From the NCBI GenBank assembly GCA_010093995.1, contig ML992504.1, positions 620,001 to 684,000 on the forward strand: DNA of 64,000 bases. The letters are read 5' to 3'. The notes beneath the pieces are model-generated. The model saw nothing but the letters and a program-made list of their open reading frames with translations, did no database searches and was not told the origin of the DNA. The translations under genes were made by a program, and so were the position numbers. The first letter of the stretch is position 1. Each line of letters begins with the position of its first letter. This DNA comes from Elsinoe ampelina. Its lineage: Eukaryota. Shown here in pieces: positions 10,862 to 24,713 of this stretch.

Positions 10862-13800
10862 GAAGGGGGAGGACGAGGAGGAGAGGGGGTAGAGGGGTCG
10901 CTTACTGCAGTACGAGTGCGAGCGTCTATCGATATATGTAACAGAGCCTAGGTTGTGGCGAGAAGAATGTCTGTCGGGTCCAGATGGGTGAAATCTCAGC
11001 AGCCAGTGACCTGGGCCTGTTCCATCAATGGAATTTGATGTCTCCCTGTGCTCGTTCCACAACGCTGCTGCTCCGCTTACCTGCGTTCTGATAAGGAGCA
11101 GTGTGTGGAACCCCTTGCTCATGTTGTGCGAATGATCCCATGTATATTCATTCCCAGGCCGAGGCTTATCATGGAGCCATTGCTGCCGTGAGCATAAGTT
11201 GTGCTCGGAAATCTCAAACCAGTGCCAAGTTGGGCTGTGGAAGAATAGGGGAGCTTCAGGGGCGACCACTCCGCCACGACTTTCGCATAACATCAAATCT
11301 GGCTTGATGTTTCTAGGCGAGTGCTTCCGTGCCGATAAGATCGTCGCCGTGGTCGTGGTGCTGCCGCCCTGAGTGAAAAGGCCATTTCCATCAAACTTGA
11401 AGCATACCCCTGAACATGTTTTGCCACCTGACGGCAACAATGCCTCCAAGACTTTCCCAGTACTTCCCCAGTGACTACAGCCATCTGCTACACCAAGACC
11501 CTAAGCCACGTGTCGTCTCCTTCACGCGGCCCTGCATTGTGTCTGAAATCGCCAAAAAAGTTTACCCGTCGACGAGTTTTCGACAAGAGATTGTGCCCAA
11601 CCGTCCAGGACGATGAGCAGACACGTTCTCTGATTTCGCTGAGACTCGATCTCAGGACCTTCTGTGTAATAGGACTTTTGTAGAGCCATGTTAGACAGAT
11701 GTGATAACCCTGCATAAGTCAGACAAGTTAGAATGGGTGACCGGGAAAACCCTTACAACTACACCACGAAACCGATGGAATGACCTGATCAAATGATAAT
11801 AGATATTATATCCTATGACGGTAAGCTAGGATTTTGACAGGTCGGGTTGTGCTTGCGACGTGGGCCGGAAGCCTGGCCCCAGAATTCCTGAGAACAAGAC
11901 GCGGGACCGACGCACCTTCGAATCGCGAGCATCAAGTTGAGTGGTGCAAGCAAGCAAAGCGAAATTGCCGTGTGAGCATTTCCGGAATCCCGAGAAGCCG
12001 AGACATTCGGCTATCTCAGGGGCGCTGAGCTCGTCATCTTTGACGTGGGGTCAATCGATGCTTTCTAATTTTACCTCAACAATCCTGGCAGCCTTTGGAT
12101 CAAGCAACAAAGGTGACGAGGAGAGAAACGATACGGCAAAGGAGCGTGGCAGGCGTGACTCCTTGGGGATGGCAACATTACATTGTCTCTTCAGTATCCA
12201 GCCCGCAGTCACCGGCTGATTGTCCAGAAGTCGTCGCCCTTGAGTTCAGACACAACGAGAGGAAATGTCGGTGGCGCAAATGTAGAGAGACACAGCAGCG
12301 TGCTCGAAGAATTTTTGTTGACGACAAAGAGGAAGAAAATGGCTTTGAAACGAGGGACTTACCATGTTCAAAGCTCCCGAATGAAGCCATTCTGTTCTCA
12401 GCATGCGAGTGCTACGCATGGGGATGCCAATATGCCCTCCACTGGTTTCGCTGGTAGACTTGTAGATGTGACGACGATAAGGACTTTGTATCCCCGTTGA
12501 TGCTCAGGTTTACCTGATGGTCTTGTCAGGAGAAGTAAGAGCTACCAAACATGGAATTTGCGAAAATTTGGTCAGGACGTACAATCTACAGTCTTGCTCA
12601 CTGATTTAATAGTACTAACATTTACCCAAAATCGCAGTGGATATGCCAACAGAGCATCATACGACCAGGACTCTAATACTGAGCAAGTCCGCTCTTCGTT
12701 AAGCACCCTCAAAATTCATGTTGCGCAACTTTTCCAATCACGAGGGCGAAAGTACCCACCAGCAAAGATCTTTTCAGCGAGGGGGAGATGTGGAAAAGTC
12801 GAAAAGTCGGACTTCATATGCATTTGCCCAGATTCATGGACTGAAGTCGGGAGAAGCCGGCCACGTGATCCGACGGGACGACCGACATCACCTTGCACTT
12901 TCATGTGTCCTTCACACTCTGATAACACCTCACCCTACGATATGGATACAATATACTAAGATACACCGCTACGGATACAGCGAAGGAAGAGGAGACGTCC
13001 GACGACAACATTCAGATGTTGACTGCCTGGGCCGTTCTGGTTTCAACGAGGACCACACACGGAGCTTTGGACCCATTCATCCACATAAGCATGTTCGCAT
13101 CATTTCAAATCTTCGTCGTTCGCGATTCCAAGGAGGTCCCGATAGTCTTCAACTCGATGCTGGTAGTTTCAAACCGACAGGACACTGTGCAATCTTGAAG
13201 GCTCGGGTACGGTGGCATGAGCTCTGAAGTCTCGTCGTCCGGAGAGCGGACATTGGCAAGATGGGCGCCGACCACGCGGGTTGAAATGATGGAGCCGATG
13301 TCGAGCAAAGAGTTTAAAGACGATGCGGATTACCATTCGGGCAAAATGGTCAGGAGCTTGAATTCGCTTGGCATTGGAACTGAGGGAATGACCCCTATCT
13401 TATCCCAGCTAGTACTCCCACACACCTCTTTTCATCTGACCGTGCGGAAGGATCCGGTGTCAGCTCGTGTGTGCCAGCAGTCACGCTTTCTCCGCAGAGG
13501 AAGAATACGACAGCAATAGCATAATTGCGATCTTGTGGGTGGCCGGCTTCCACATCTCGCGGGAAAATATGACATAGCATCATCGGAGCGTCGTGCTGCA
13601 GCAACTCCCACAGAGCCGTGTGACGGCAATTCGGAACCTTGCAACTCGTCTCACCCAATGCCACGAGGGAGGCAGCTAGAAATGCAAAGGAGCCCTCTTG
13701 GAGAAGATAAAATTCGACAAGCCTGTGGTTGACTAGCACAACGACAGGGTACAGTCTTTGCATGTCTTCCATGCGGCGTTGAGTGTCCGACAATATCGAC

Positions 13801-15255
13801 CACGTTTCGGCGAGGATATCGCTGTCTCTTAGATCTGTCCAAACCACAGAGCCGTTGGAATGCCATCGTGGCTGTCGCTGCGTCGCACTGTCGAATATCG
13901 CGCGAGACACAGCTCCTCTGAGTTCGTTGAAGCTATCTCACTCCGATTTTCGGTACTCCGAGACCTCAACATCCCCAGCGCACACGAACGCGCTATCAGA
14001 CGAGCGTAACGGTCTGGTAGAGATGTAAAGAATTTTGCGACGTCGAAATTCGATATTGGCATCCACGTCAAGCACTGGCTGTCACTTCGGCGATCTGGAT
14101 CGATTTGTTGATGACCATCATCGGCGGCTACATAGACGAACACATCATTGTATGCCCGCTAGCAAGCAATCAGCCACTTCTCCCCTTTGCAGAGATCTGT
14201 GCCTCACGTCACAGGAAGAAGCGCCGACTTCACCGTCCTTGATGGCTGCAGCAAAGCATCTCGTTGATGCACCTGGATATGTCGGTCTGGTATGCAAAAG
14301 AACAAGAGGAAGGACGACCAGCCGTCGTGGAGGTAGTCCTCCAAGTCCAGCATCGATAGACCGGCCTACGGATGCCCAAGACCGATCGTTCCCGTGCGCC
14401 TGAGTGTTACACGCAGGAAGAGTCCGTCGCAAGGTGTGCGCTGGGAAGCTCGGAGTGACGCAGAGGTATACGAATTCCGCAGCCAGTCTACATACCTCAG
14501 GGCGAGGAACCAGAGTGCCAGTCTGGGTCTCACGTAGTCGATAGCGTTGGTTGGTGTGACCGCCGCGTCCGTCTCTTGATCAATGGGGCGGCTGGTACTT
14601 ATGCTGTCGAGCACTTCATCAGGATTCAGGCGAGGTATCGTATCGTAAAGATTTATGGGCTCATACAGCGTAGGAGTGCAACGGAGACGCCAGCGTTGTC
14701 GCATCTTCCGGTAAAATACTCTGTATGGCTTGAGGTGGTGGTATGCCGCAGTAGGAAAATGTTGTCGAGCCGATTCAAAGGCATGGCATGGCCGAGCTAC
14801 AGCTAGACCTCAAGCAGGAGATACGACTGCCAGACTTCCTAGAGATCTGTAACTGTACTGCACTCGGAACAGCCATAGATGCCTATTATGTATCTTGATA
14901 GACGGTTGCTCGGTCAGCTGGTAGAATGAGTGATCCTTTGTGTCCGCTCGTTCGGGAGCAAAAACGGCGAAACAATGGCCGGATCTCTCGCTGCTAGCTT
15001 CACATCAACTCACACACAACTCCGGCGGACAACGAATCCTCCGCCGTGAACAGAGCAACTTGACTTATGAGAACGAATTCTGGCATTGCACCAACTGAGC
15101 CAAGACGCATCGGTACACAAGAACTTTGGCGCAGATTTACTCGGAGTCTTAGGATGCTTATGCACGTATCTCAATGATTGGCAAGGCTGATGGCAAATTT
15201 GTGGAAGGCAGCCCCATGAGTCGCTGTTGAAGGCAGCTGTTCTGGCACAACCTAC

Positions 15256-15879
15256 TCAATCTCTAATGACCTGATGGACACCACTGATGAATTTGAGACA
15301 CCGCTTCCTTGGCTTGATCCGGATCCCCCCAGCCTCGCCCTCCTCGAAAGACCATGTGGTTTCCACATACTCCTCTTCCGGACCCGTATCCCCGTCCGAG
15401 CTCTTTTCCGTCCGCATGCCTCGCCCGTCTGGTAGGAGGCGTTCAACCTCATCATGTTCCCCCCTCGCATGGTTTGGCACAATGCTGATGGTGGACGCCA
15501 GTCCGAGACTGATGAGCGTCGCTTTCAACTCGTTCAGGAACCCTGGTTCGAGTGCTGGCCGGCTTGACGTAGTGATCTCATACTCATATGCTTGGAAAAT
15601 TCCCTCGTGGTTGAGGTAAAGGGAGTGAGGGCGGAGAGACGTCTCGTCCCGAGATGACGCTGTACATTCGTCGTATCCAGACATCGGACGATGAACCATG
15701 ACGGATCCCTCCTGGAGAACAGTGTGGCGATGGAGACGACCTGCAGCATAGTGGTCTTGTAGACCATGGCGCATAAAGATGGTCCCGATGGCTTCCAGAT
15801 CCTTCAGGACAACGCACCCGTGATCGTCGAGAAGGGGCAGATGATTGAAGCGCTCGAAGTCAAGAATTGTCTCGTCCAT
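15256..15879 (-). CDS. Hypothetical protein (cassette gene C)
   Basis: Intact ORF (FNHLPLLD...GRLHRH...PHSLYL...FQAYEYE...WSF), paralogous to 19714-20345. Confidence 0.65.
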   Translation of the reverse strand: MDETILDFERFNHLPLLDDHGCVVLKDLEAIGTIFMRHGLQDHYAAGRLHRHTVLQEGSVMVHRPMSGYDECTASSRDETSLRPHSLYLNHEGIFQAYEYEITTSSRPALEPGFLNELKATLISLGLASTISIVPNHARGEHDEVERLLPDGRGMRTEKSSDGDTGPEEEYVETTWSFEEGEAGGIRIKPRKRCLKFISGVHQVIRD

Positions 15880-16607
15880 GATGCTCTCGTCCTTCCAAAT
15901 CACTTGTCAGACTCGTGGAATGTGTTGATGAACCATTCCAACAAGGATGAGGTCTGCGAGAAGATTCTTCGCCGCCTGTGTAACGTTGGGCACATGGCGG
16001 GGTCTCTTGCGATAAATCAGTGGATCATCTTGTCCCTTTGCTTCTTGTCTCCACCAACCAGTATGTCGTCAGAGATGACGGATTCGACAAGGACATCCGA
16101 AAGTCTTCGACAAGGAGCGGATCTCGAGACTGTCAGAGTGGCTCTGGCTAATCTCAGAGGCAGTAGTCTAACACCTCTGTACACTGTGATTCAACCACCA
16201 CTACCTTTCGTTCTCGAGGGATTCACCAATTCCAGAGCGCCTCGGGCCGTTGCCTTGAGCTGGCAATACGTAGGTCTCGTACACTCGTCTCGTCGCTCCG
16301 GGAAAACATTGATTTCAACAGAGCAAAAGGAATGTTGAACGAGCGGCGGCGTATTTCGGCACGCCTATCCCACTCGAGAACGATATCTTACGAGATTATG
16401 TAGCTATGCGGATCAAGCCTGCGTCCCACGACAGGTTCCTGCAGAACGGACTTCGCGGGCCGGGGTGGAAGCTGGTAGTCATTCCCCTGGAACGATGGGA
16501 CAAATCCAATGGCTCCTGGTTGGACAGGACTCTTGAGGCGGGCGAAGACGTCTTTATCACAGGAGAAGAGCCGGTGACACTACCAAGCACTGGAGGCTGC
16601 CACTTGG

Positions 16608-18175
16608 TCATCTTCTCGTTGAATCTATGAAATCAAAATCGAATGGCTCGTCCCAACCAAAAGAATGATCCGCCGTATTACGCTGGCCCGGAAAACGCTC
16701 AACGCCGTGCTCATACCCAAATTTCTCGTCCCATTGGTCGAATCGATCTTGTGTGCTTCCAGGACACCCGGGTGGTATGCCGGAGTTGTCAGTAAAGACC
16801 GCTGTGTTGTACGGTCCGCTGGTCGGCAAATGTTGTTGAAAGTGACCGTAGAGACTTGAAGATGTGCCTTGCGCATCGCCCGCGATTGGTGACTCGAGAA
16901 GGCTACCGTAGTGTGCCACTGGCTCTGAGCGGAAAGCCTCCTCGCTAGTCACTGCATACAGTACCGATGAGGTCGCTTCGTTGACGCGTGGACCGTTTGG
17001 CTTGTCGCCTCGCTCTTGACAAGCCTGGCTGACTGGAGGATTGGAGTTTTGTAGTCGCAAAGCATCAAGAAGCGGGTGCATGTCAAGCCGTGCGAGAAAG
17101 TCCGAAAGACTGCAACCATCAGCTTTCATTCGAATCACTGCTATAGTGGTAGGCGTACTCAAGGCCGAACATACTGGCGACTGCCAAGTACGGATCCACC
17201 ACGGACAAGTTGGAGTTGGGATGGACCTTCTTCAGTACCTTGACCACAATGCGTTCCATCACCTCTTTGGTAGTCGAGCCATCCAGCATGACGAGCTGCC
17301 AACAGAGACCTCCAGCCTCTATATCGCGTCAGCATCTGATCTTCGGGGGGCTTGCTGACTTACCGCCCACCGCATCTAGCATGGGAATGAAACAGGTCCC
17401 AGCTTCGGATACAAGCGACGAACCAGCCCGCTCACGAGTCTTGCAAATTTTCTCGCTTCGCTGACCCGTTTGTGAGCCTGTAGAATGGATTTTGAAGCCT
17501 TGTCTTCAAACGCCATCTTGTCCGCCTCCAGCATGCAGCCCACGAAGAAGTGATGGTACCAATTCCGGGTACTTTGAGTACGCCACAACTCCGACAATCG
17601 CGCGTCCCTCGATGTGAACCTTGCTTGGATCGAAGACCAGTCGATGGAGCCGAATCCACTCTCCTGGCCGATCAAGTTCTCGAATCGTGTGGCGACGTGA
17701 TTGGCATAGGAGTCTAGGTCCTTCTTCTTCTTCGGGGCGGGTTTCCTGGTGCGCTTCTTGGATCCTACCACGGTGGCCCCATTCTCAGCTTCTTTGTCTC
17801 CGCAGTCGATGACCTTCCATGTTGGACAGATGCGGAACCTTCAAAGTGGATCAGCAGGGATTCTAACAGCGCTCAATTCACCAACGTTTCATCAAGCTGA
17901 GCAGGCTGATCAAAGCGGTCTTTCAAATGGGAGCATATCGTCTCGACATGGTCTCTCATCAAGTCGCGCGATATGCTACCACAGCATGGCAAGCAACAGA
18001 CGCCGGCATTGAAGATGGTCCCGCCTAGCGTTTTGGGCCTGGCAGAAGGGTCAATCCTGAGAGCGAAACCGACTGTGTGTGCTCCAAACTCCTTGTCAGT
18101 AATGAAGTGAGTCACCTTCTTCGCTGGAATGATCTTCGGTAGTCCTTTGAGGGGGTTATGGCAAGAGGCATCCAT
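16608..18175 (-). pseudogene. Degenerate multi-exon hypothetical gene (cassette gene A)
   Basis: Fragments 17873-18175, 17376-17771 and 16608-17110 have intron-like junctions but need frameshifts to join. Similar to 20460-21611. Confidence 0.4.
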
Positions 18176-19713
18176 GACTGTTGGCGTTTCGACAATGATG
18201 ATGGTCGAATTCGTGGATGGGCCGCTATGGAGTTTATAAGGGAGACTGAGGCTGGGGTATCACTGCTATCTCATCACTACCTTGAGGAAGTGATGGTGAT
18301 ACAGCCCCTCACCGCCAGTGGTACCAACGCATGTCAGAGGCGCGGTACCTTTGTTCGACGACAGCTTGACGTGCCTCCATGGGAATAGCTTCAGGGCGTG
18401 TTAATGTCGACGCCATGCAGCTAATATGTCATGCATATTGCATGGAAATATTCCATGGTTGATAAATCGCGGTCCCGAGATGTGACAAAGCAGACAGAGA
18501 TGGGTCGAGATTTCGCGAACCCACACTCAGCCTGCATGGGACCGAAACTACCAAGAGGCATCCCACATATCGACAAAGTGAGTGGAGAGAGCTCTGCCAC
18601 ATGGCTGAAAGCGAGAGTTCAACGCATGTGTCCATGGGTAGATGTCCTCAGCGCCAAATCTACATGATCTATTGGAGTGAGCGAGGAATCACATGCATTC
18701 TTGTGGCGATCGCAATCTCTCCCTGTATTTCATGTGCGATTCTACATCGACCCCTAATTCGCAATTGAAACACTCTTCGCCTGGTACGTAGGACAAGCAC
18801 AAAAACCCACTCTGTCTTGACCGCTGCAGTCTAGTTGCCTCTGCTGACAAGTCATCACGTCATTTGGATTGAGGAACATGGATGTTCAATTTGTGGACTC
18901 GACTATCATGTGATATTTTGCCCGATATCTGGGATCCATGCCTATCACAGGAGAACTTCCTTGAGATCCACCCTCATCATTACTTGCGAATCTCGACCAT
19001 CAAACTTCTCGCATTGGACGTCAGGTTGCGATCTGCGACGTCCCATACCAGTTCTGCCAACCATTACGCCTTCTACGCGCCAGCACGCTGGATCCGCACT
19101 TGATGTGGTGGCACTGAATTCCGTCTCGAAACTGACAGGTAGGCCATCATCGATGCTGGACAGTGTCTTGGAAGTATGAGAGGGACAAGCTCGCTACATG
19201 GTGAAAAGGAGGATCGGATGCCTGCATGAATCAACACTATCGTCGACTTTACTACAGGCTACTGCAGGCTAGACACCTACAATCTCCACTACAGCAACCC
19301 CTCGATCCTTGTGAATACTCTTGGCACCCTGTCATAATTTCAGAATCTACTGACAGGCAGCTCTACCCTGAACGATATCACCGGAAATTGGCCCAATCTT
19401 GGCTTTGGTGGGCAGGTAAGTACAGTAAATTGTGCAGGGGAGAAATTGTCAGCCAGTCTGGGCTCAATTTAGGTCCAGAGTCTTAATGTTTGCTGCAGTC
19501 GCGTAGGATCACGTTTGACGTGGCGTACTACCAGAAACGCAGCCGACCTGGCACTACCGACGACGACCATGGGTTGTGACACATGACTGGCTGTACTCTC
19601 ACCACGTCTTGAGAAAGGTTTGAAAACAATTGACTGCAATGACATTTTCCCCCTGAATTGGCTACACAAGCTACTACAGACCCAGCCCCCCCTTTCTAAA
19701 CCACCGCAACCCT

Positions 19714-20345
19714 TCAATCTTTGTGCACCTCATGCACACCGTTAATCAACAGCACACACTTCTTCGCCTCTCTAATTCCCACCAACCCATTGTCTTGCTC
19801 GGCGAACACCCATGAAGTGGAGACGTCTTCCTCGATCAGGCCGCCGACTCTGGCGCGCGTCTTGACACCATCCGTACGATCGTCTGGCAGGAGAGTCTCG
19901 TACTCTGTTACACCTGGATCCTCGCCGTACGGGACTACGCCGATGACGGATTCGAGGCCCCTGGCGAGGAGTCCTTGGCGGAGGTGTTCTGCGAATTCCT
20001 TGGGTAGGGGAGGTCGGGTGGATGCGTCTGTCACTGCTTCATATTCGGAGGCTTGGAAGGGAATGTCGCCGTTAAGGTAGTACGAATGAGCCGTGAAGTT
20101 GGCATTGTCTGCATGGAGGATAGTGCACTCGTTGTGAGTGTCGAGTTGGCGATGGAACGTGATCTGTCCTGGCTGGAGGAGCACATGGCGATAGAGCAAG
20201 CCAGCAGCGAAATGAGAGTGAGTATTGTGGTGGATGAAGATGCTGCTGATGACTTGGAGATCGGCTTGGGTGATATCGCTCTGGGTGTCGAGCAGAGGTA
20301 AGGCGTTGTATGCCTAAGCTGTGAGGATTTCTGGTTAAGCGCCAT
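19714..20345 (-). pseudogene. Frameshifted paralog of the 15256-15879 hypothetical protein (gene C')
   Basis: YNALPLLDTQ...AAGLLYRH...FQASEYE...WVF...KKCVLLINGVHEV. The ATG at 20345 is out of frame and a TAG precedes the conserved frame. Confidence 0.6.
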
Positions 20346-20459
20346 GGTCGCGTATCTGATAACGACTCGAAGCCGTGGTGCTGCAAACGTGAGCACATTG
20401 AAAAATCCTCGAAAGTTGGCACGTCAGTGATTGGTTGTGATCCCTTGGGCTGAATCGAG

Positions 20460-21611
20460 GGGCCAGTAGGTGAAGGTTACACAGGATGGTGGTGAGGCCA
20501 GACCAGTCCCTTGAGCGCGTCCTCCTGCAATCTGAACCAGTCGTGACGTCGCCCATGGGAATATCCTTGGCTGAGAGGATCGGATACGGTACTGACGCCG
20601 CCGTCATTGCTACTGCATTGGGGAACATCAGAGAGGGCCAATTGACACCTGCGTTCCGTCATGACCACAGGTCTTTCTTCGAAGCTGCTTGTTGTATCGA
20701 GGCTGATAGTGATTGAAAGTCAGGCATCAGAAGTGTCCGGTGGTGACCCTCCAGTGGTTGCATTTCCAGCTGAATCAGAACATAAGAAATGCTACAGCTG
20801 TCAGCTAAGACTCACAAGCGCAAGCAACACAGACTCTTTCCCAAGTATCCTGGCGAGAGCGGAGAAAGGGCTCTCGCAATTTGCTAAAACCAGCTGTCAC
20901 AGCTGTTCAGTGTTGAGACAACTTCGTCCTTCGCGAGGCGCACGGCGAGATCCAGGTCCATATGGGCAACACTGACCCCGACGTGACTGATATCGGTTGA
21001 TGGATCAGCAACGATGAACTCTTTTGCATCATGACAGAACTCATCCCTCATGAGATCCGCCACCACAACAGCCTTCGATCCAACCACGGGAAAGAGCTCC
21101 AGAATGAGCTGGTTGACGAACTTGGCGATCAGAGCCCACAGCTGACGTGACCTGGCAGTGATCTGTGAGGAAGCTTTCTTGGCCCTCGTCAATGGGAACA
21201 CCTCGACGATACATCCGACCAGGTAACGAGGTTTCCAGTCGGTGTTCGAGCTCTTCTCCCACAGAGCCGAGACGAGGTCTTGATGTGTATGGGTCCTCAC
21301 TCCCGGCTCGAGGTCGTCCAAGTTCGCAGACTCACGGTACCTCTGGCGCATGAGTACATATACAACGGTGCCGAAGTCGTCCGCAATGAGCTCTGGGTCT
21401 CTTCTGAAAGAGACTATCTGATTAGGTTGGGGTTGGATCGGTACTTGCCCTGCTGGTAGTAGCTGGCGGAGGATATCACTGAAAGCGACTCGTTAGTGCG
21501 TGGACCGGTATGGAGACAAGAGATCACTCACACGCTCCGTGTCTTCCGAGATCCCTTAGCCGGGTAGGTGTCGGCTGCGAATGGCATCGTCACAGATTGT
21601 CGCGGGGCCAT
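20460..21611 (-). pseudogene. Degenerate paralog of cassette gene A (A')
   Basis: WKPRYLVGCIVE and IAKFVNQLILELFPVVG resemble WYHHFFVGCMLE and FARLVSGLVRRLYPKLG. Contains internal stops; boundaries are approximate. Confidence 0.4.
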
Positions 21612-22257
21612 GTTGTGGTTTGATGTGATTGCTGTGAAGCCGGCTTGAAAATTAGGATCATAATTGCTCGGTCCATCCAGATATCGAGGTCATATATACT
21701 TCAGCACGGCGAGAAAAACGCCGGTATTCCCCACTGTTGCACTCAACTATTGCATGTCAGCAGCGGACCTGTTCGTTTGCGTACGAGAGTAGACAACGAT
21801 TTGAGATTGCTGTCCAACGCACACCTCCTAATGATGCTGTGATGTACCTCAATACTGACCGTAGGGCGCTAAGTAAGTATCACTTTTGCGTCGAGTCAAT
21901 AGGAAGCGAAACGCAGAAGGAGATCTGGGCAGGAGTTGACGCGTTTCGTACTTATTGGTGCTACCACGTTTGCCGATCGATCATTGCCACGCGATGACAG
22001 CCTCGTGTTGATGCAGGATGGATGCGATAGATATCCACTTTCTTCGGGTGTCCAAGAGCCGACACCATGCAAGCCAGGGGATATAGAGAACTAGATATAA
22101 TTGCATAACATCGTGTTACATTAATCTAGTGAGGAATTTGCATGAGTGTTAAGACCAACGATCAGTGCGATCCGTCGTGGCGGCGCATCCTGCGCATCCT
22201 GATTGACCGATTCTGAACTCCTCGCGATGCATAAAGGGTGATGGAGATAGAGCGTCA

Positions 22258-24089
22258 CTACTGGTAGAGCTTCTTGTTGTACGAGTCCAAGCCGTGCACG
22301 TTGCCCTCAAGCTGGGCAGACGCAGTGCGGAGCTCAAACCGGACAGAGCCATCGACGACTCCTTGTCTCAGATCGGTCAAGCTCTTGACGCCGATATCCT
22401 GGAGACTGTGCTGAAGACCAGCGTACAGGTACGGAACGAATCGGGTGACACTGCCACGGTCGAGCACACTGCCGCTCACACCCTGTGCAACAAGCAGCTT
22501 GTCACCCTCGGAGAAGTACCGGGCGGTACCAGCATTTGATGCTTTGGGGTCGGCAGGGTTTGTTGAGCCAACACCAGCCTTCTTGTCCTCCATGGCATCG
22601 ATGGAACCCATGCCACGGTAGGCCTTAACGAGCTTGCCCTCCTGGTTGACAAAGTATTCTCCAGGTGACTCGGTGGTACCAGCAAGAAGGCCACCCATCA
22701 TCACAGTGCTTGCCCCTAAAGCGAGACCCTTGACGATGTGACCGACGTTCTGAATGCCACCGTCTGCGATACAAGGCACGCCAAACTTGGCAGCAAACTG
22801 TGTGACATTGAATACGGAGGCAGCCTGAGGACGTCCGACAGCCATGACTTCCTGCGTGATACAGGCGGACCCTGAACCCATGCCAATTCGTAGACCGTCC
22901 ACGCCGGCCTCAATCAGGTTGGCGGCTTGCTCGCGAGTGACAACGTTACCGCCGATGACGTCCAGGCTGGGGAATGTCTCTTTAATGTAGCGTACCATTT
23001 CGATCTGGAATATGGAGTTGCCCTGGGAGGAATCGAGGATGACAATATCCAAACCAGCATCCACTAGCTTTTGCAGGCGGTTCTTATCGTCCGGGCGGGT
23101 ACCGATCGCAGCCGCAGCGATGAGCTGCTTCGAGTGTGGAAGCTTGGATGCCAAGGGATAGTGAAGGTTCTTCATAAGATCGGATCGGGAGAGCAAAGAA
23201 ACCAGGTTATCACTCTCGTCCACAATTGGAAGCTTGCCCTTCTTTGACTTTGATAGGATGGAGTTTGCTTCTTGAAGTGTAATACCGGTGCGAGCGGTAG
23301 TAAGGTCGGTGGACATGACGGTGGTGACAGGGTCGTCATCTTCGCCGTGGAATTGAATGTCGCGAGGTGTGATTATGCCGAGAAGCTTTGATCGAAGCTT
23401 GCCAGATTCTGAGGAGGATCAGCAAAGCCCTCCACTATATTGCAAACGACGTGAGATGTAGTCAAAAGATCAGACACTAATATCCTCCACAGTATGTCAT
23501 GGACATTGCGGATGAACGAAAGTTATAATATTTTGTTGTTCATCATAGGATCGAAGGAGGATATCATGTAAGACTTACCTGTGACAGGGAACCCGCCGAA
23601 ACCCCACTTATCCTTTAGAGCACGTGCTTCTCTGACTGTAGTCTTTGGGCTGATGACGATAGGATCCAGGATGAAGCCATTCTCGTATCTCTTGACCTTG
23701 CGGACCATCTCGGCTTGGTCATCTGCAGAGCAGTTGTGGTGAATGACTCCTAGGCCTCCCAAAAGTGCCATGTGAATAGCCATGTTGTGCTCGGTGACGG
23801 TATCCATGGGCGAGGATACGAAAGGAGTCTTGAGTGTAATACGCTTCGTCACAGGCGTCTCAAGGTTGACCGCGTTAGCAGGGAAGCCAATGTAGCCCGG
23901 GAGGATGAGGAAGTCGTTGTAGACGAGGCCGCCACGCGTCTTTGAGTCGAGCAGTGTATTGACATCGATTCCATCCTTTTCCTTGTAATCATTCTCAAGG
24001 ACCTGGGTCGCAGTCTTGAAGTCTAGGACTTCTTTCTTCTGCAGGACTGGGACAGACCCCTCCATGCTGTCTCCGTTCAAAATTGGCAT
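22258..24089 (-). CDS. IMD: Inosine-5'-monophosphate dehydrogenase (2 exons)
   Basis: [15 protein letters not shown] region, catalytic [38 protein letters not shown]. Confidence 0.97.
23466..23552 (-). ncRNA. snR54: Intronic box C/D snoRNA, snR54-like (18S rRNA 2'-O-methylation guide)
   Basis: Inside the long IMPDH intron: box C ATGATGA (23546-23540), box D CTGA (23473-23470), and guide TAACTTTCGTTC (23525-23514) complementary to 18S GAACGAAAGTTA. Yeast snR54 lies in the IMD4 intron. Confidence 0.85.
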
Positions 24090-24713
24090 ACTGTGCATCG
24101 GCTGGCGAGAAATGTTGTCCTACAAATGGAGGAAATTGGTCGTTACGGTACACCGCAAGAGAGGATTGATCGGTGACGGAATAAAAAGATAGCAAGCAGT
24201 CGTTCTGGCCGACAAAATTTCTAGACGATGCAGAGTGGGGCAAAGAGACGCGAAAAAAATGTGGAGTTTACGCGAGTCGTGATTGAGGCTCAAATTGATT
24301 CTTGATTGGGCATAGCTCTCGGCTATAGCCGCCGTGCATGAATAGTGGAAGGACCAAGGTGAAGCTTGGTTACGGCTTTGTTGATTTTGTGTGACGGTCT
24401 GTTTACTCCTGGTTCCGCTCACCACCAAAAAGTGCTACAGTCGCAAGACTATTGCTCACCACGAGCACGATCGAGCATCCAACATTGCCCCCTTGTCTTC
24501 GCATGTCTGTTTCAGTCATGCAGAGATAATGCGTCCTGCAATTCCACCGCAGTGGTCAGTGCATGAAAACAGTTGCGGTCTGGGCACCTCGACAAACAAA
24601 GCTCGTCATACACTCTTCAACTTCGATATAGTGCTCTAGAAGAGCTTGCCCGCGGGGGCAGACCGGTAGCAGAGCAACGCGATATCGCGCATCGATTCGC
24701 GACTTCCGCCAAC

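Noticed and set aside
10598..11449. 283-aa minus-strand ORF
   Set aside because: It has no ATG start or recognisable motif, and its Pro-rich end is the antisense of the G-rich APH fragment.
12950..14710. Minus-strand ORF fragments suggesting a decayed gene
   Set aside because: Multiple stops and frame changes and no recognisable motif, so no call can be supported.
7800..22100. Starship or other transposon spanning the accessory zone
   Set aside because: I could not identify a tyrosine recombinase captain, transposase, reverse transcriptase, terminal repeats or a target-site duplication.
22258..24089. IMPDH as a self-resistance gene for the RiPP cluster
   Set aside because: It is about 14.5 kb from the cluster, starts the housekeeping block and hosts the ancestral snR54-like snoRNA. 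Nothing suggests it is an extra copy.
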